Translations under genes and position numbers: made by a program
NCBI GenBank assembly: GCA_015059445.1
Contig: SVAK01000004.1
Coordinates: 13,551 to 77,550, forward strand
Direction of reading: 5' to 3'
DNA length: 64,000 nucleotides
From: Bacillota bacterium
Lineage (GTDB): Bacteria > Bacillota_I > Bacilli_A > RF39 > UBA660
Notes under the pieces: generated by a model
Database searches by the model: none
What the model was told of the DNA's origin: nothing
What the model saw: the letters and a program-made list of their open reading frames with translations, nothing else
In this document: piece by piece, positions 9,923 through 19,909 of the stretch
Layout: each line of letters opens with the position of its first letter
How positions within the stretch are numbered: position 1 is the stretch's first letter

Positions 9923-9970
9923 ATTAATCTCCTTTTCAAACACATTATATGCAATAATTATTAATTGTTA

Positions 9971-10312
9971 CTATAAAATCTGTATTATTATTTTTTTTTC
10001 TTCTTCATCAATTTTATATTTTAAAACTATAGTACTATTTTTTAATAGCATAGAACACGAAATTTTATCTTCAACTAAAAAATCATTTTCTTTCAAAATA
10101 TAATTAAATAATTTATTCTTAAAATCTATTTTAAATATAAATTCATCATTTTCTCTTAAATAAGACTCTTCTTTTAAATTAATCAAATTAAAAGTATTTT
10201 TATCTTCTTGATATTTAATAAATTTATTTGCTTCAAACTCACATTCTATATTTTCATTATTGATGATTATTTTACCATCATTTAATAAACTCCAGTTTAT
10301 TAACTTTTTTAT
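9971..10312 (-). CDS. Small hypothetical protein (possibly DUF1934/YwiB-like), apparent ATA start
   Basis: The frame is open from 10330 down to 9971 with no ATG/GTG before TTG 10186. An AGAGGTGG SD lies 7 nt upstream of ATA at 10312-10310. The family assignment is only a weak impression. Confidence 0.3.
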   Translation of the reverse strand: MKKLINWSLLNDGKIIINNENIECEFEANKFIKYQEDKNTFNLINLKEESYLRENDEFIFKIDFKNKLFNYILKENDFLVEDKISCSMLLKNSTIVLKYKIDEEEKKIIIQIL

Positions 10313-10400
10313 ATAACCACCTCTTTTTTCTAGAAAACTATATCATAACATATATATAATTTCAACATAATTTTTTTGTTTCTTTACATAATAATTTTAG

Positions 10401-12359
10401 GTGATTATTTTGCGAACTTTAAAACTAATAGGAAAAATTATTTTTTTTGGTTTTCTTTCTTTTATAATTTGTTATATTGGAATTAATATTTATGCACTAA
10501 TTATTCCTAAGTTAAATATAACTAATAATGGTACTTATTTCTTATATGATAATCAAAATCAACTAGTATACCAAGGAAGTAGTACGTCTTCTTGGGTTGA
10601 CATTGAAGATATTGATAAAAAATTATTAAATGCAACCATATCAATTGAAGATAAAAAATTCTATAATCATTTTGGATTTGATATTTTACGCATCGGAAAA
10701 GCCATGATTACTAATATCCAATCCGGACATATTGTTCAAGGAGCATCAACAATTACACAACAATTAGTTAAAAACATCTATTTAGAGTTTGATAAAACAT
10801 GGGCTAGAAAAATTGAAGAAGCATTTTTAACTATAATAGCAGAAATCCAATATGATAAAGAAGAAATTTTAGAAGCTTATCTTAATACTATTAATTATGG
10901 TAATGGAAATTATGGAGTTAGCAATGCTAGTAAATATTACTTTAATAAAGAAGTTAATAATTTGAATTTAGAAGAAGCAATAATCTTATCAGGAATTCCT
11001 AAAAGCCCAAACAAATTTAACCCTGTATCTAATAAACACGAATCAATCAGTAGAGCAAAAATAGTGGCAAAATCGCTTCTAAATAATGGATTTATCACTC
11101 AAGAAGAATACAAAAATTTGAATTTTGAAAATGTAAAAATATATGGAAAAACTAATGAAAAGAATTTACAAATGCTCATGTATTATCAAGATGCAGTTTA
11201 TAAAGAATTAGAAAATTTAGGAATTAGTAAAGATATTTTAGAAACTGGCGGTCTTAAAGTTTATACAAATTTAGATATTGAAAAACAAACTAGTTTAGAG
11301 AAAAATATATTAAATACTATAAATGATGATGAATTACAAGTAGCAAGTATCATTGTAGACCCCGAAACAGGAAAAATAGAGGCTCTTACAGGTGGTATTA
11401 ATTATGGATTAAGTCAATATAATAGAGCAACAGAATCTAAACGACAAGTGGGTTCCACAATGAAGCCTTTTTTATATTATGCAGCCTTAGAAAACAATTT
11501 AGTTTCTTCCTCAAAATTTAAAAGTGAATATACAATTTTTAACATCAACAATAAAGAAACATATTCACCAACAAATTACAACGATAAATATGCAAACAAA
11601 GATATTACTATGGCTGCTGCTATAGCTTTCTCAGATAATATTTATGCAGTTAAAACGAATTTATTTTTAGGGGTCAACACATTAGTAAATATCGCTAAAA
11701 CTATAGGAATCACTGAAAAGCTTAATGCTGTTCCTTCTCTGGCTCTAGGAACCGGAGAAATTAATATTATTGATTATGCTACTGGATACACGACTATTGC
11801 TAGTGGAGGTTATAAAAAAGATTTATATTTAATTCGAAAAATAGAAGATAGAAATGGAAATGTTATATACACAAAAGATAACAAAAAAAGCTTGGTGCTA
11901 AACCCTAATTATGTATATATTTTAAATGAATTATTATCAAACACTTCAAGCAGTGCTTTTAAAGATTATACTAGTGCTACCGCAAGTACTATTGCCAGTA
12001 AATTAAGTAGAAAATATGCTATTAAAACTGGAACTACAGTTTCTGATTATTGGACTGTTGGTTATAATAAAGATGATTTAATGTTGATATGGATAGGTTA
12101 TGATGACAATCGCGAATTCACCAAAAATTATGGTTATATGGGAAAAAACATATGGGCTGACACCATGGAAGAAATACAAAAGGATATTGTTGATAATTGG
12201 TATGAAACGCCAAAAAATGTGGTGGGAATTATTTTAGATGCTGTTACAGGTGAGGTAACAAATGATGCTGATAAAGCCATTGTCTATTATTATCTTAAAG
12301 GGAGTGAACCAACAATTAGTAATGCAACAATAATTAATGAAGAAAAAAAGAAGAACTAA
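10401..12359 (+). CDS. Class A penicillin-binding protein (glycosyltransferase + transpeptidase)
   Basis: GT51 motifs (EDKKFYNHFGFD, GASTITQQLVKN, RKIEE) and transpeptidase motifs (STMKPF, SDN, KTGT). N-terminal TM. Confidence 0.88.
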   Translation: MIILRTLKLIGKIIFFGFLSFIICYIGINIYALIIPKLNITNNGTYFLYDNQNQLVYQGSSTSSWVDIEDIDKKLLNATISIEDKKFYNHFGFDILRIGKAMITNIQSGHIVQGASTITQQLVKNIYLEFDKTWARKIEEAFLTIIAEIQYDKEEILEAYLNTINYGNGNYGVSNASKYYFNKEVNNLNLEEAIILSGIPKSPNKFNPVSNKHESISRAKIVAKSLLNNGFITQEEYKNLNFENVKIYGKTNEKNLQMLMYYQDAVYKELENLGISKDILETGGLKVYTNLDIEKQTSLEKNILNTINDDELQVASIIVDPETGKIEALTGGINYGLSQYNRATESKRQVGSTMKPFLYYAALENNLVSSSKFKSEYTIFNINNKETYSPTNYNDKYANKDITMAAAIAFSDNIYAVKTNLFLGVNTLVNIAKTIGITEKLNAVPSLALGTGEINIIDYATGYTTIASGGYKKDLYLIRKIEDRNGNVIYTKDNKKSLVLNPNYVYILNELLSNTSSSAFKDYTSATASTIASKLSRKYAIKTGTTVSDYWTVGYNKDDLMLIWIGYDDNREFTKNYGYMGKNIWADTMEEIQKDIVDNWYETPKNVVGIILDAVTGEVTNDADKAIVYYYLKGSEPTISNATIINEEKKKN

Positions 12360-13375
12360 TCTTCTTTTTTATTGACAGTAATAATATATTGCATTTCCTC
12401 TGAATTTTCGTCTTTTACTAAATTAACTTTATAATTATTAATATTCAAATCACTAATTAACTTATCAACTAAGTCATTTGCAATTTTTAAATCTTTACCT
12501 ACGGATATAACATTTTCAGGAGCAAGAAAATCTAACATTTCTATTTCTTCCATATTTTCATCAATAGTTTCTGACTCTGATACACTCATATTAACCGATT
12601 CATCCTCCAAATAATTAAAAAATTTATTTGGTATAATCGTATTCTCAGGATTATTAGAAGATTTTATAACATCTTCAAACTGATTAACAGGAGTTACTAT
12701 ATCAGTAGCATTTGATTTTATTTCTTCAATATTTGGATTAACTTCTATCAAAGGTATGTCTTCCTTTTCTTCAATTTTACTATTCTTTATTCTTTTATCC
12801 AGTTCTCTAACGGTAATTCTTTCATCAATAATTTTTTTTAACCATTTTTCTTGTTCCTCAAAATTAGTAACTTGCAATAAACTTCTGGCATGTCTTTCCG
12901 AAATTTTTCCTTCCATAAGAGCCTCTTGTACTACTTGAGACAGAGATAATAGCCTTAATTTGTTAGAAATTGCCGATTGACTAAGTCCCATTTTTTTTGC
13001 AAGTTCTTCTTGAGTTAAATATCCTTTATCTAGTAAAGCTTTATAAGATTTTGCTTCCTCAATTGAGGACAAGTCCTTTCTTTGAACATTTTCTACAATG
13101 GCCACTTCAGCACTTTTTTGATCATCAATAGCGGATATTATTGCTGGCACAGACATAAGACCTGCCATTTTGGCAGCTTTATATCTTCTTTCCCCAGCAA
13201 TTATTTCATACTTATCCCCAAGGCGCCTTAAAACTAGGGGTTGAATAATCCCATGTTCTTTAATAGATGCAGATAATTCCTTTAACGCCTCTTCATCAAA
13301 ATTCAATCTCGGTTGAAAACGGTTTGGAATAATATCTTCAATTGGCACATTTAAAACTTGTGATTCTATATTCAC
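12356..13375 (-). CDS. noc: ParB/Noc family protein, Noc-type DNA-binding helix
   Basis: PNRFQPR, IAGERRYKAA, LSSIEEA and the HTH GLSQSAISNKLRLLSL...ISERHARSL closely resemble B. subtilis Noc rather than Spo0J. It sits directly downstream of rsmG, as noc does in Bacillus. GTG start; an in-frame stop lies 2 codons upstream. Confidence 0.72.
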   Translation of the reverse strand: MNIESQVLNVPIEDIIPNRFQPRLNFDEEALKELSASIKEHGIIQPLVLRRLGDKYEIIAGERRYKAAKMAGLMSVPAIISAIDDQKSAEVAIVENVQRKDLSSIEEAKSYKALLDKGYLTQEELAKKMGLSQSAISNKLRLLSLSQVVQEALMEGKISERHARSLLQVTNFEEQEKWLKKIIDERITVRELDKRIKNSKIEEKEDIPLIEVNPNIEEIKSNATDIVTPVNQFEDVIKSSNNPENTIIPNKFFNYLEDESVNMSVSESETIDENMEEIEMLDFLAPENVISVGKDLKIANDLVDKLISDLNINNYKVNLVKDENSEEMQYIITVNKKED

Positions 13376-13414
13376 ACGTAATCAAGCCCCTTTACCTTTC
13401 TATTTTATTCTAAC

Positions 13415-14131
13415 TTATTTGCTATTTTTTTTCAATGGCTTTTTAACTATTTTGTCGTATGTTCTCAAATTTGTTAATTCTGTTTTTCCATATTTTTTTA
13501 TTACAACAATATTTCTAGTACCAGCATTATATAATAATTCAAATTTTATACAATCAATTATTTTGGCCTTCATAATTTCAATTGTATCCAATGCACCCTC
13601 AAACAAATCATCCAAATTTCCTTTTAATGCGATGAATAATCCATTTTCTTTTACTAATGGCAAAGATATTTCGGATAAAACTCTTAAATTCGCCACCGCC
13701 CTTGAAGTTACAATATCATAACTATTTAAATGATTTGTAGCAAATTTTTCTACTCGATCATTGATAACTTCCATTTTAATATTTAACTTATTTGATAATT
13801 CTGTTAAAAATTTTGTCTTTTTATTATTAGAATCTATTAATGTTACATTTAAATTTGGAAAAAATATTTTCAATACCACACCAGGAAATCCCGCTCCACT
13901 ACCAATATCCAAAAGATTATTATAATTATTTAAATCAATACTTTTTACAATAGTTAAAGAATCATAAAAATGTTTTAAATATATATCGCATGGTTCTACT
14001 ATTCGTGTTAAATTTGTATGAGAATTATATTCAATCAAGAAATTCATATATATATCTATAAGGTTTATTTTTTCTTCAGTAACTTCTATATTTAATTTTT
14101 TTAATTCATTTATAAATTCATCTCTAGTCAT
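13415..14131 (-). CDS. rsmG: 16S rRNA (guanine527-N7)-methyltransferase
   Basis: GidB family: LLDIGSGAGFPGVVLKI. Conserved position after mnmG. Confidence 0.9.
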   Translation of the reverse strand: MTRDEFINELKKLNIEVTEEKINLIDIYMNFLIEYNSHTNLTRIVEPCDIYLKHFYDSLTIVKSIDLNNYNNLLDIGSGAGFPGVVLKIFFPNLNVTLIDSNNKKTKFLTELSNKLNIKMEVINDRVEKFATNHLNSYDIVTSRAVANLRVLSEISLPLVKENGLFIALKGNLDDLFEGALDTIEIMKAKIIDCIKFELLYNAGTRNIVVIKKYGKTELTNLRTYDKIVKKPLKKNSK

Positions 14132-15995
14132 TTTTACTATATTCCTTTTTTAAATAAATAGCTAATATTGTTATATCTGCTGGATTAACTCCACTGATTC
14201 TTGACGCCTGGGCTATAGTTTTAGGCCTTATATTATTTAGTTTTTGTTTGGCTTCGCTAGCTAAATTTTTAATTTTATTATAATCAATATCTTCTGGTAT
14301 TTCTTTTTCCTCTATTTTTTGTAGTTTTTCTGCTTCTTTATATGCTTTTTTAATATATCCACTATATTTCAATTCTATTTCTACTTGTTCTAACACATCT
14401 TCAGTATAATTCAAATTCTCAAAATTATTTAAAAATTTGAACGATATTTCTGGGCGTTTTAATAATTCTTCAAAAGTCATAGTTTGTTTAGGTATCTCTA
14501 AATTTTGTTCTTTAAATTTATTTTTAACATCTTCAGTAATTACTAGTTTAATATTCTTAACTTCTTCAAATAATTTATTAATATTATTTATTTTTTGAAG
14601 ATATTTTTGATATTGTTCGTCGGTTATTGAGCCGGCTTGATGAGCAATATTTCTTAATCTCAAATCAGCATTATCATGCCTCAATAATAATCTGAATTCT
14701 GCTCGACTAGTTAACATTCTATAAGGATCTGTTATCCCTTTTGTTACTAAATCATCAATTAAAACACCTATATATGCTTCATTTCTTTTTAAAATGAGAG
14801 GTTCTTTACCAATTAATTTCAAAACCGAATTAATACCTGCAACTATTCCTTGGCCAGCAGCCTCTTCGTATCCACTGGTTCCATTTATTTGCCCTGCAGT
14901 AAATAATCCTTCAATTAATTTATTTTCTAAACTTGATTTAATTTGAAGTGGACTAATTGCATCATACTCAATTGCATAAGCGTATTTAGTTATAATGGCA
15001 TTTTCCAATCCCTCAAGACTATGTACCATTTCTTCTTGAACGTGTTTTGGCATACTAGTTGAAAAACCTTGTAAATACCATTCATCGTAATAAATACTTT
15101 CTGGTTCCAGAAATAATTGATGTCTTTCTTTGTCAGAAAATCTTACCACTTTATCTTCAATAGATGGACAATAACGTGGTCCAACTCCTGTGGCATATCC
15201 ACCATACATGGCAGATTCATTTAAGTGTTTTCTAATAATATTATGAGTATTATCATTTGTATAGAGCAAGTAACACTTTTGTTGATTATTTAATTCATAT
15301 CTTGGATTTATATCATGACTAAAAGTCCAATAGGTATTATCACCATGCTCTTCATGCATTTTTGAAAAATCTATAGAATCTTTTCTAATCCTAGGTGGTG
15401 TACCTGTTTTTAATCTTATAATATCAAGACCATAAGCTTTTAAATTATCACTTAAGGAATTGCTTCTTCTTTCTCCATGTGGACCTTCAGGAGTATTTTC
15501 ACTCCCAATTAAAATATTAGCTTTTAAGTAAGTTCCAGTTGTTAAGATAACTGATTTTGCCTCAATTTTTGTGTTATCCTCCAAAATAACACCTTTAATT
15601 TGATTGTTGTCAACAATTAAATTTTCAACCATCCCCTCTTTTATTTCCAAATTAACATTATTTTCCAAAAATTCTAACATTTTTTTTGGATATACTCTTT
15701 TATCAGCCTGAGCTCTTAAACTTCTTACAGCAGGACCTTTTGAATTATTTAACATTTTAATTTGAAAATGACTTAAATCCGCAACAATGCCCATTAAGCC
15801 ACCTAAAGCATCCACTTCTCTAACGATAATTCCTTTTGCTGTCCCTCCAATAGACGGATTACATGGCATGTCAGCTATATTTTCTTTATTAATAGTTAAA
15901 AGCAATGTTTTTTTACCCATTTTAGCTGCTATATTAGCGGCTTCACATCCAGCATGTCCGCCTCCAACTACTATTATATCGTACAATGCTATCAC
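14124..15995 (-). CDS. mnmG: tRNA uridine 5-carboxymethylaminomethyl modification enzyme MnmG
   Basis: YDIIVVGGGHAGCEAA FAD motif and full-length GidA similarity. Confidence 0.96.
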   Translation of the reverse strand: MIALYDIIVVGGGHAGCEAANIAAKMGKKTLLLTINKENIADMPCNPSIGGTAKGIIVREVDALGGLMGIVADLSHFQIKMLNNSKGPAVRSLRAQADKRVYPKKMLEFLENNVNLEIKEGMVENLIVDNNQIKGVILEDNTKIEAKSVILTTGTYLKANILIGSENTPEGPHGERRSNSLSDNLKAYGLDIIRLKTGTPPRIRKDSIDFSKMHEEHGDNTYWTFSHDINPRYELNNQQKCYLLYTNDNTHNIIRKHLNESAMYGGYATGVGPRYCPSIEDKVVRFSDKERHQLFLEPESIYYDEWYLQGFSTSMPKHVQEEMVHSLEGLENAIITKYAYAIEYDAISPLQIKSSLENKLIEGLFTAGQINGTSGYEEAAGQGIVAGINSVLKLIGKEPLILKRNEAYIGVLIDDLVTKGITDPYRMLTSRAEFRLLLRHDNADLRLRNIAHQAGSITDEQYQKYLQKINNINKLFEEVKNIKLVITEDVKNKFKEQNLEIPKQTMTFEELLKRPEISFKFLNNFENLNYTEDVLEQVEIELKYSGYIKKAYKEAEKLQKIEEKEIPEDIDYNKIKNLASEAKQKLNNIRPKTIAQASRISGVNPADITILAIYLKKEYSKND

Positions 15996-17339
15996 CTACT
16001 TTCCTAAGCAAAATTTACTAAATAAAGTTGTAATTAACTCGTCTTGATATGTCTCACCAGTTATTTCCCCTAAAATATTCCATGAATTAGTAATATCTAT
16101 TTCTACCATATCTACTGGTATACCAGATTCTAAATTTAAAATGGCCTGATTTATAGCATTTAATGATTTTTTTAATAAATCTATTTGTCTTACATTAGAC
16201 ATATAAGTCATATCTTTATTTAAAACATTATCTAATTCCAATTTTTTAATAATTGAATCTTTTAATGTATTTAAACCATTACTATCGATTGTATTACCCA
16301 ATATGTAATCTTCACTAATATTAATTTTCGAATCTAAATCTGATTTATTAACAAATATTAATCTTTTTTCAATTGGCACTTCTTTTATTAACTTTTGGTC
16401 ATATACTGTTAACTCTTCGTTATTATTTAATACTATTATAACTAAATCAGCATTTTGAATAGCCTTTTTACTTTTTTCTACCCCTATCTTTTCAACTATA
16501 TCTTCGGTTTCTCTAATACCTGCGGTATCAATAAAATTAATTAAAAACCCATTTAAGGAAATGCTACCCTCTACTATGTCTCTTGTCGTACCCGCAATGT
16601 TTGTAACTATAGCTTTTTCTTCATCAAGTAATGCATTCAAAATACTACTTTTTCCTACATTTGGCTTTCCAACTATAGCAATATTTATTCCTTCTTTAAT
16701 TAAACGTCCATTTCTTGAGCTCTTTAATATTGCATCAATGTCTTTTTTTACAGCTTTCAATTTTGGTAGTAAAGTGTCCATAGTTACTATTTCAATATCT
16801 TCATATTCTGGATAATCAATATTAACTTCAATATTTGCCATGATTTCAACAATTTTAGAGCGTATGCTTTTTATGTTTTTTGTGAGATTACCACTGAGAT
16901 TGTTAAGAGCTAATGTTCTAGCTGCATCATTCTTTGCATTAATTAAATCATTAACTGATTCAGCTTCAATTAAATCAATTCTACCATTTAAAAAAGCTTT
17001 TTTAGTAAATTCTCCAGGTTCTGCTAAACGACAACCATTTTCTAATAATAACTCCAAAATCTTATTTGTTGTATTTATACCTCCATGAGAATTTATTTCA
17101 ATAATGTCTTCCATCGTATAAGTTTTTGGCGCAAGCATTACGCTTACTAATACTTCATCTATTTTTTCTTCTCTATCATAAATAAAGCCATAATTAATAG
17201 TGTGAGTTTCTACCTTACTTAAATCTTTACCTTTAAAAATTTTTGATACTATTTCAATAGCCTGTGGACCACTTACTCTTACAATTGAAATTGCCCCTAT
17301 ACCTGGAGCTGTTGATATTGCGCATATTGTATCTTCCAT
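15996..17339 (-). CDS. mnmE: tRNA modification GTPase MnmE
   Basis: DTICAISTAPG, G1 motif GKPNVGKSS, DTAGIR and a C-terminal CLGK. Confidence 0.96.
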   Translation of the reverse strand: MEDTICAISTAPGIGAISIVRVSGPQAIEIVSKIFKGKDLSKVETHTINYGFIYDREEKIDEVLVSVMLAPKTYTMEDIIEINSHGGINTTNKILELLLENGCRLAEPGEFTKKAFLNGRIDLIEAESVNDLINAKNDAARTLALNNLSGNLTKNIKSIRSKIVEIMANIEVNIDYPEYEDIEIVTMDTLLPKLKAVKKDIDAILKSSRNGRLIKEGINIAIVGKPNVGKSSILNALLDEEKAIVTNIAGTTRDIVEGSISLNGFLINFIDTAGIRETEDIVEKIGVEKSKKAIQNADLVIIVLNNNEELTVYDQKLIKEVPIEKRLIFVNKSDLDSKINISEDYILGNTIDSNGLNTLKDSIIKKLELDNVLNKDMTYMSNVRQIDLLKKSLNAINQAILNLESGIPVDMVEIDITNSWNILGEITGETYQDELITTLFSKFCLGK

Positions 17340-17412
17340 GGTAATCTCCTTTCCGTCTTATATTAGCACATTTTTATAGGAAATTCATTAAAAAAACTCA
17401 GAAATCTGAGTT

Positions 17413-18021
17413 TTATTCTGGTTTAATTACTACATGGCGATTTGGTTCTTCTCCAACACTCGTAGTAGTTACTCCTTTAAATTCTGTAAGTACATTATGA
17501 ACTATTCGCCTATCATAAGCATTCATATTTTCTAAATGCACCTCTACATTTGTTTTACTAACTTCCTTAGCTAAGTTTTTGGCAAGTCTTTCCAATCTCT
17601 TTTGTTGTTTTTCGCGATAATTTTCTATATCTAAACATATATATGGTCTTAAATTAAATTCCGTATTAATATGTTGCTTAATAATGTTTTCTAATGATTT
17701 TAATGTATTTCCGGATTTACCAATTAACACCGGATTATTTGAAGAATATATCTTAATATAAATCATATCATCTCGCAATTTTGTTTCAAAGTTAGCAGTC
17801 AGGCCCATATTAGTTAATAATTCTTCCAAATATTCTTTAATATATAATATTAATTCACTTTTTAATATAGCATTTACTGAAACCATACTATTTTTATTAA
17901 ATAAACCAGTTCTTGTTTCTGTATATTTATAATAAAAATCATCTCTAGTTATATTATATTCTTCACATATTTCTTTTAAAATTGTTTCTAATTCTTTACC
18001 TTCTCTATTTATTATTTCCAT
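17413..18021 (-). CDS. jag: Jag/KhpB RNA-binding protein (Jag_N-KH-R3H)
   Basis: KH-like GKSGNTLKSLE and R3H-like ...YDRRIVHNVL... Follows yidC as in Bacillus. Confidence 0.82.
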   Translation of the reverse strand: MEIINREGKELETILKEICEEYNITRDDFYYKYTETRTGLFNKNSMVSVNAILKSELILYIKEYLEELLTNMGLTANFETKLRDDMIYIKIYSSNNPVLIGKSGNTLKSLENIIKQHINTEFNLRPYICLDIENYREKQQKRLERLAKNLAKEVSKTNVEVHLENMNAYDRRIVHNVLTEFKGVTTTSVGEEPNRHVVIKPE

Positions 18022-19051
18022 ACTTAAGACCTCGCTTTACTTCTAGTTTATCTTTAATTTTATTATTATTCTTTTTATCATCTTTAAAAGTTTTTTTTGT
18101 TTCACCAGATAGTCTTTTAAAAATGTAAGTTTGAATAGCAATAAATGCATAAGTTATAATCCAATAAAATGCTAACGCTGTTGATAATGAGAATGATGTA
18201 ACAACTATCATAACAACCATAATATTTGTCATCATATTCATTTGGCCTTTCATTTCTGGAGACTGATTAACAGCCCCGGCTGATTTCATTGAATATTTAA
18301 ATGAGAAATAAGTTGATACTGCTATTAGTATAATAAGGATAATATATAAATAATTACCATTAGATAATCCTACGTACGGAGTCATTCCTAAATTAAATCC
18401 TAATAAACTATCTTCAAAAATTGCTGGTACTCTATTAATAGCTTGCAAGAATGCAAAGAATATTGGTAATTGTAAAAATGCAACTAGACAACCAGACATT
18501 GGTTTAACATTGTGTTTTTTATAAATTTCCATCATTTCTTGACTTTTCATCATCATAGAATCACGATCTTCACGACCACGATATTTCAATTCTAATTTTT
18601 GAATTTCTTTATTAACTTTTTGCATATCTTTACTTTGTTTATGTGATTTATATGAGAAAGGTAATAATATTAAACGAATTAACAATCCAACTAATATTAA
18701 AGAAATACCCATGTTTCCAACTAAATTTCCTAATTTTAAAATTAAATAGGCTAAAGGTTTAATAAACAAAAATTCCCAAATACCCGAAGCCTTATTTGAA
18801 TTAATTTTAAATTCGTCACATTCTGGTAATTGTTCTAATGATATGTTTAGTTCATCATTATATTGTTCATATAATTTGTATAAATCTGAATCACCTTCTG
18901 GTTTACATAAAATATTCTTTTGTAAATTTTGTCCGGTAGCTTCATATTGAACTATTTTATTATCTTCATCCTTAATATAATTATTCGAGCCACAACCACT
19001 AGTTAATAACACTATTAATACTAATATAATACTTAATATTTTATTTTTCAT
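18005..19051 (-). CDS. yidC: Membrane protein insertase YidC/SpoIIIJ (lipoprotein type)
   Basis: Lipobox LLTSGCG and the YidC/Oxa1 core (...KMQKVNKEIQKLELKY...MSGCLVAFLQLPIFFAF...). Confidence 0.87.
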   Translation of the reverse strand: MKNKILSIILVLIVLLTSGCGSNNYIKDEDNKIVQYEATGQNLQKNILCKPEGDSDLYKLYEQYNDELNISLEQLPECDEFKINSNKASGIWEFLFIKPLAYLILKLGNLVGNMGISLILVGLLIRLILLPFSYKSHKQSKDMQKVNKEIQKLELKYRGREDRDSMMMKSQEMMEIYKKHNVKPMSGCLVAFLQLPIFFAFLQAINRVPAIFEDSLLGFNLGMTPYVGLSNGNYLYIILIILIAVSTYFSFKYSMKSAGAVNQSPEMKGQMNMMTNIMVVMIVVTSFSLSTALAFYWIITYAFIAIQTYIFKRLSGETKKTFKDDKKNNNKIKDKLEVKRGLKYGNNK

Positions 19052-19379
19052 TTTCTTCTCCTTTATTTAATAATTTAATTAATTCACTTTCCATTTCCCA
19101 AAAAGATAAATTTAATATATCCTTTTTACATATTATAATATAATTGTGAAATTTTGGAAATAATTTGTAATTATTATCAATAATATTTCTAATTTGTCTT
19201 TTTATCTTATTTCTAACAACTGCGTTACCAATTTTTTTACCAACTGCAATGCCAAAATTATTTGTTATTTCATTTTTACTCACACTACAAATTACAAAAT
19301 ACTTATTTGCATTTCGTTTTCCTATTTGAATTATATCATTAAATAAAATTTTCGATTTAACTACGTTTTTCTTTTTCAT
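19041..19379 (-). CDS. rnpA: Ribonuclease P protein component
   Basis: KKIGNAVVRNKIKRQIRN (RNR motif). Lies between rpmH and yidC. Confidence 0.87.
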   Translation of the reverse strand: MKKKNVVKSKILFNDIIQIGKRNANKYFVICSVSKNEITNNFGIAVGKKIGNAVVRNKIKRQIRNIIDNNYKLFPKFHNYIIICKKDILNLSFWEMESELIKLLNKGEENEK

Positions 19380-19403
19380 AATATTAAAAAAACACGTAAG
19401 AAA

Positions 19404-19526
19404 TTATTTAGTTAATTCCTTACGACCTTTTCTACGACGATTATTAATAATCTTTGTTCCTTTACGCGCAAAGAAACCATGTTTTTTTGCTTTTTTACGA
19501 TTATTTGGTTGATAAGTTCTTTTCAT
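19404..19526 (-). CDS. rpmH: 50S ribosomal protein L34
   Basis: Own translation: [40 protein letters not shown], with a GGTGGAA SD upstream. Too short for the ORF track. Confidence 0.88.
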   Translation of the reverse strand: MKRTYQPNNRKKAKKHGFFARKGTKIINNRRRKGRKELTK

Positions 19527-19699
19527 TTGAATTCCACCTCTTTCTTCAGCGTTCTTATTATAATATTATTACGTTAGCAATGTCAAGAAATAACCAATTA
19601 TCAACTTCTAATACTCAAAAATATTTTAAATAAATAATTTTTTGAATAATTGTTAATAAAAATTCTCGAAATTTTAAGATGCATAAAGACTTTTTAATT

Positions 19700-19845
19700 T
19701 TTTCAACATTATTAACATTTCATAAAAATATATATAGTTGTTAATAAGTTAAAATGTTAATATTTTTTTGTTGAAATTGTTATCAACATTTTGTATTATA
19801 GATTTTATCAAGAAAAAAATGTTGAAAATAATGTTATTATTAACA
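19700..19845. promoter_or_regulatory. oriC part 1: cluster of DnaA-box-like 9-mers upstream of dnaA
   Basis: TTTTCAACA at 19700 and, as reverse complement, at 19820. TTATTAACA at 19709, 19837 and (reverse complement) 19739. TTATCAACA at 19780. Weaker copies at 19755 and 19769. All are 1-2 mismatches from TTATCCACA. Confidence 0.6.
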
Positions 19846-19909
19846 TTTTTAGAACTTTTTCTTGTAATAAAAAATCATTTACGTTAAAATGAACTTGGGA
19901 TATATTTGA

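Noticed and set aside
9915-10103. Track ORF 9915..10103 (plus strand, 62 aa), spanning the rpoE start region.
   Set aside because: It is antisense to the rpoE 5' end and to the upstream small ORF. It is hydrophobic and low-complexity and has no SD.
12356-12359. Overlapping convergent stop codons of the PBP gene (TAA) and noc (TAG), with no intergenic terminator.
   Set aside because: It is real in the sequence but is a common compaction feature. No specific function can be argued from it.
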